A DNA stretch of 64,000 nucleotides from Psammoneis japonica. Taxonomy: Eukaryota. How positions within the stretch are numbered: the first letter of the stretch is position 1; each line of letters begins with the position of its first letter. Made by a program: the position numbers and the translations under genes. The DNA lies in contig QPGO01000063.1 in the NCBI GenBank assembly GCA_008632985.1, forward strand, positions 186,001-250,000, given 5' to 3'. The notes below the pieces were generated by a model. The model searched no databases. It had not been told where the DNA came from and worked only from the letters and a program-made list of their open reading frames with translations. Shown piece after piece: positions 61,201 through 64,000 of the stretch.

Positions 61201-62635
61201 ATCAGTGCAACGATGGTGTTTGTAACGCCAGTACTGGTGCTTGCGAGGCTGTTCCCAAGGCCGCCTCTACGCCCTGTCAGGACGGCGACCGTTGCACTTC
61301 GTTTGGAGGTGGCGAGGGCGATATGGACCACTGCGATGGAGCCGGAACTTGCGTGGGCACTTCTGTGGATTGCTCCTCGTTGGATGATCAGTGCAACGAT
61401 GGTGTTTGTAATGCCAGTACTGGTGCTTGCGAGGCTGTCCCCAAGGCCGCCTCTACGCCCTGTCAGGACGGCGACCGTTGCACTTCGTTTGGAGGTGGCG
61501 AGGGCGATATGGACCACTGCGATGGAGCCGGAACTTGCGTGGGCACTTCTGTGGATTGCTCCTCGATAGATGATCAGTGCAACGATGGTGTTTGTAATGC
61601 CAGTACTGGTGCTTGCGAGGCTGTCCCCAAGGCCGCCTCTACGCCCTGTCAGGACGGCGACCGTTGCACTTCGTTTGGAGGTGGCGAGGGCGATATGGAC
61701 CACTGCGATGGAGCCGGATCTTGCGTGGGCGATCCTGTGGATTGCTCCTCGTTGGATGATCAGTGCAACGATGGTGTTTGTAACGCCAGTGCTGGTGCTT
61801 GCGAGGCTGTTCCCAAGGCCGCCTCTACGCCCTGTCAGGACGGCGACAGTTGCACTTCGTTTGGAGGTGGCGAGGGCGATATGGACCACTGCGATGGAAA
61901 CGGATCTTGCGTGGGCACTCCTGTGGATTGCTCCTCGTTGGATGATCAGTGCAATGATGGTGTTTGTAACGCCAGTACTGGTGCTTGCGAGGCTGTCCCA
62001 AGGCCGCCTCTACGCCCTGTCAGGACGGCGACCGTTGCACTTCGTTTGGAGGTGGCGAGGGCGATGCGGACCACTGCGATGGAGCCGGATCTTGCGTGGG
62101 CACTCCTGTGGATTGCTCCTCGTTGGATGATCAGTGCAACGTTGGTGTTTGTAACGCCAGTACTGGTGCTTGCGAGGCTGATCCAAAACCCGACTCCACT
62201 CCATGTGAAGATGGCAATAAATGCACCTCTGAGACTGGAGCCGAGGCCTCCAGTGACCATTGCTTCGATGGTGTCTGCACAGGCGTCCCCGTGGACTGCT
62301 CTGGGTTCGAGCCTTGTACGGATGGCTGCGACCCTAACACAGGCTCTTGCATTGTGCGAGACAATGGCTACACCTACAAGTGCGGCACTACCATCTACCT
62401 TTGTGGGGTGAAGGAGGACGAGTTGACTGTATCTGGAAAAGGAAAGAAGAAGTCATATCAACTTGGTAACTGCGGTATCGGAAGTGCCAGACGCTTTGAA
62501 GAATTGGACGATACCTGTCTCGGGGCCGCCCTGCCCGACATTTGTGATAATGGAGCTGACCGCTCAAACACTGTTGTTGCCGAATGTGTTCCTGGTGTAG
62601 GCTGGCACAATTGTGACATTCTACTTGGCGATTAG
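58223..62635 (+). CDS. Probably secreted Cys/Asp/Gly-rich protein with 62-aa tandem repeats; exons ~58223-58300 (tentative), 58736-58804, 58934-59176, 59274-62635; 1-bp frameshift at ~61996
   Basis: Long ORF 59265-62411 continues in frame 61985-62635; phase-0 introns GTACGT..CAG and GTGAGT..CAG; signal-peptide-like MISFKPIALLVIAGTCGC; repeats of the CxDGxxCT..DxC..GxC type. Confidence 0.8.
60138..62182 (+). repeat. 11 near-identical 186-bp coding tandem repeats plus divergent flanking units
   Basis: CCCAAGGCCGC(C/T)TCTACG recurs every 186 bp. Confidence 0.97.
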
Positions 62636-63436
62636 AGTACCTTCTTATCACAACGAGTGGTGCTGGTGCTGATTGGTAAGAATGGCATATATGTTGAGCG
62701 TGCCTGAAGCGCACGTTGAGTGTTGATCTAGCGACGCGACTCACATGAAGTTTCTCTTCCGTCTTTTGCGTAGTGCGGTAAGTGGCTGGATGGACGAAGT
62801 GGTATTAGGCGTAGCGTAGAGATGGAGGTGAGGGATCGATGGAATTTGGCAGGAGTGGAGAGTGGTGGATGCATTTACATGATATATTACAGAAGGAAAA
62901 GGAGAGACGAAGGAAAGGTGTCGTCAAGAGAAATACATATTATCGTCGATTTGTTTGCATATTTTAAATTTGAAGATATCGGTAAAGCCTTGGTCAATGG
63001 GACGAGAAAAATAAACGTTGTTTACGAGACAACGAAAAATCCTCATTGATGCAAGAGAAAAAACCTTTTAACTATACGTGAAACGACAGTGGTAGTCTAA
63101 TAACTGGCTTATAGAGCTCGGTATGGTTGAATGATGGCGTTGAGTTTCGTAGCATACAATTGTCGTTCGTGTGATGCATCAATGGAGCGACGAAAGATGC
63201 AAACCGGCGGCATGGTCAATGGTCGATCGACCGGTGTGGTGGCAGTCGGCCTATGCACACACCCTTCGTCGCTATTCAAGGCCTCACGGAAGAGGAGCTG
63301 TCGCACGGTTGTTGCAATCGTCGTGACAACTAATTTCTGTCATCTACTAACTTGTTATCAATCCCAGCTTTCCGAAGCTTGCCAAGAAGCAGAAAAGTGC
63401 AGTGGTTGCAACCGATAAATGATGCCAACTGCGTTC

Positions 63437-64000
63437 TCATTGCGTGGATTTGCGCCTTCTCCATGCATCCTCGCAGATACGAGGTGCCGGAATCCAAGTT
63501 CCAAAGCATGCAAAATCAGGGCGATACAGGTTGCATATATCGACAAGAGTAGCATTAGCGTCAGGCTCTGCATACATAACATGCTGTATTGTCTTTTTGG
63601 CAAGATCATTCTTGTTGATGTTGCGCGAGTGATCTGGCTGTTTGGATGTATCACGTAGAAAGGCATGTGCATCTCTCGCAACGTCCTCAGGAATGCCCAA
63701 ATATGCCACCATGGCATCCCAATCATCCAACAGCGTCTCCAGCCTTCCAATAAAAGTCAAATTGGGAGCAAGGTTAGGTGAATCTGCAAGAAACCAGAGC
63801 TGCGGAAGCAAATGTTCGTTGTAGAATCGCCGTTTCACAGAAGCAAAAAAGGCTCTTGCGCGATCGGGTCCTTCTGGCATTCCAAGCCAATCTCCATCAC
63901 CCTCTCCATACCAGTGATATTTGCGGTTTGAGAATTGCAGCATCTGAGAATACATAGACTTGAATCTTGAGATGGGATCACGGAGAAAAGCAACTGCTCG
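63437..64000 (-). CDS. Sulfotransferase family 2 (Sulfotransfer_2-like), 5' partial
   Basis: AFLRDPISRFKSMY (3'-PB motif), EHLLPQLWFL, FIGRLETLLDDW, LYRPDFACFG. Confidence 0.85.
   Translation of the reverse strand, partial: RAVAFLRDPISRFKSMYSQMLQFSNRKYHWYGEGDGDWLGMPEGPDRARAFFASVKRRFYNEHLLPQLWFLADSPNLAPNLTFIGRLETLLDDWDAMVAYLGIPEDVARDAHAFLRDTSKQPDHSRNINKNDLAKKTIQHVMYAEPDANATLVDICNLYRPDFACFGTWIPAPRICEDAWRRRKSTQ

Noticed and set aside
56775..62182. CRISPR array (105-bp or 186-bp repeats)
   Set aside because: No unique spacers or cas genes; eukaryotic context; the 186-bp unit is coding.
61997..62411. C-terminus of the 1048-aa ORF (RPPLRPVRTAT...)
   Set aside because: Out-of-frame read-through after a 1-bp deletion; the repeat continues in frame 61985-62635.

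Overview
Eukaryotic genomic DNA with short GT-AG introns, most likely from a diatom (inferred from CoDi-type Copia and diatom-type tyrosine-recombinase (YR) retroelements). Two gene-containing flanks surround a ~46-kb block of nested transposon relics. The left flank (1-10.5 kb) holds a CAF-1 large subunit, an unknown secreted/membrane protein, an ARM-repeat protein and ORC6. The right flank (57.8-64 kb) holds a Cys-rich tandem-repeat protein and a partial sulfotransferase. The block (~10.7-56.8 kb) contains four DIRS/Ngaro-like YR retrotransposons, three Copia remnants, several MITE/foldback elements and a TRIM at its edge. The main signal is that this block, and a 1.4-kb island at ~6.2-7.6 kb, have lost most CpG and almost all TpA dinucleotides, both converted to TpG/CpA on both strands. 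Conserved Tyr codons, including catalytic ones, read Cys or His. Paired LTRs, TIRs and tandem duplicates differ mainly by TA versus TG/CA. This suggests a DNA-level, region-restricted TpA A-to-G hypermutation process alongside 5mCpG decay, opposite in direction to fungal RIP. Most ORFs predicted inside the block are artefacts of TAA/TAG erasure. TE boundaries are approximate unless TIR/TSD evidence is quoted, and all homology calls are from motif recognition without database searches.
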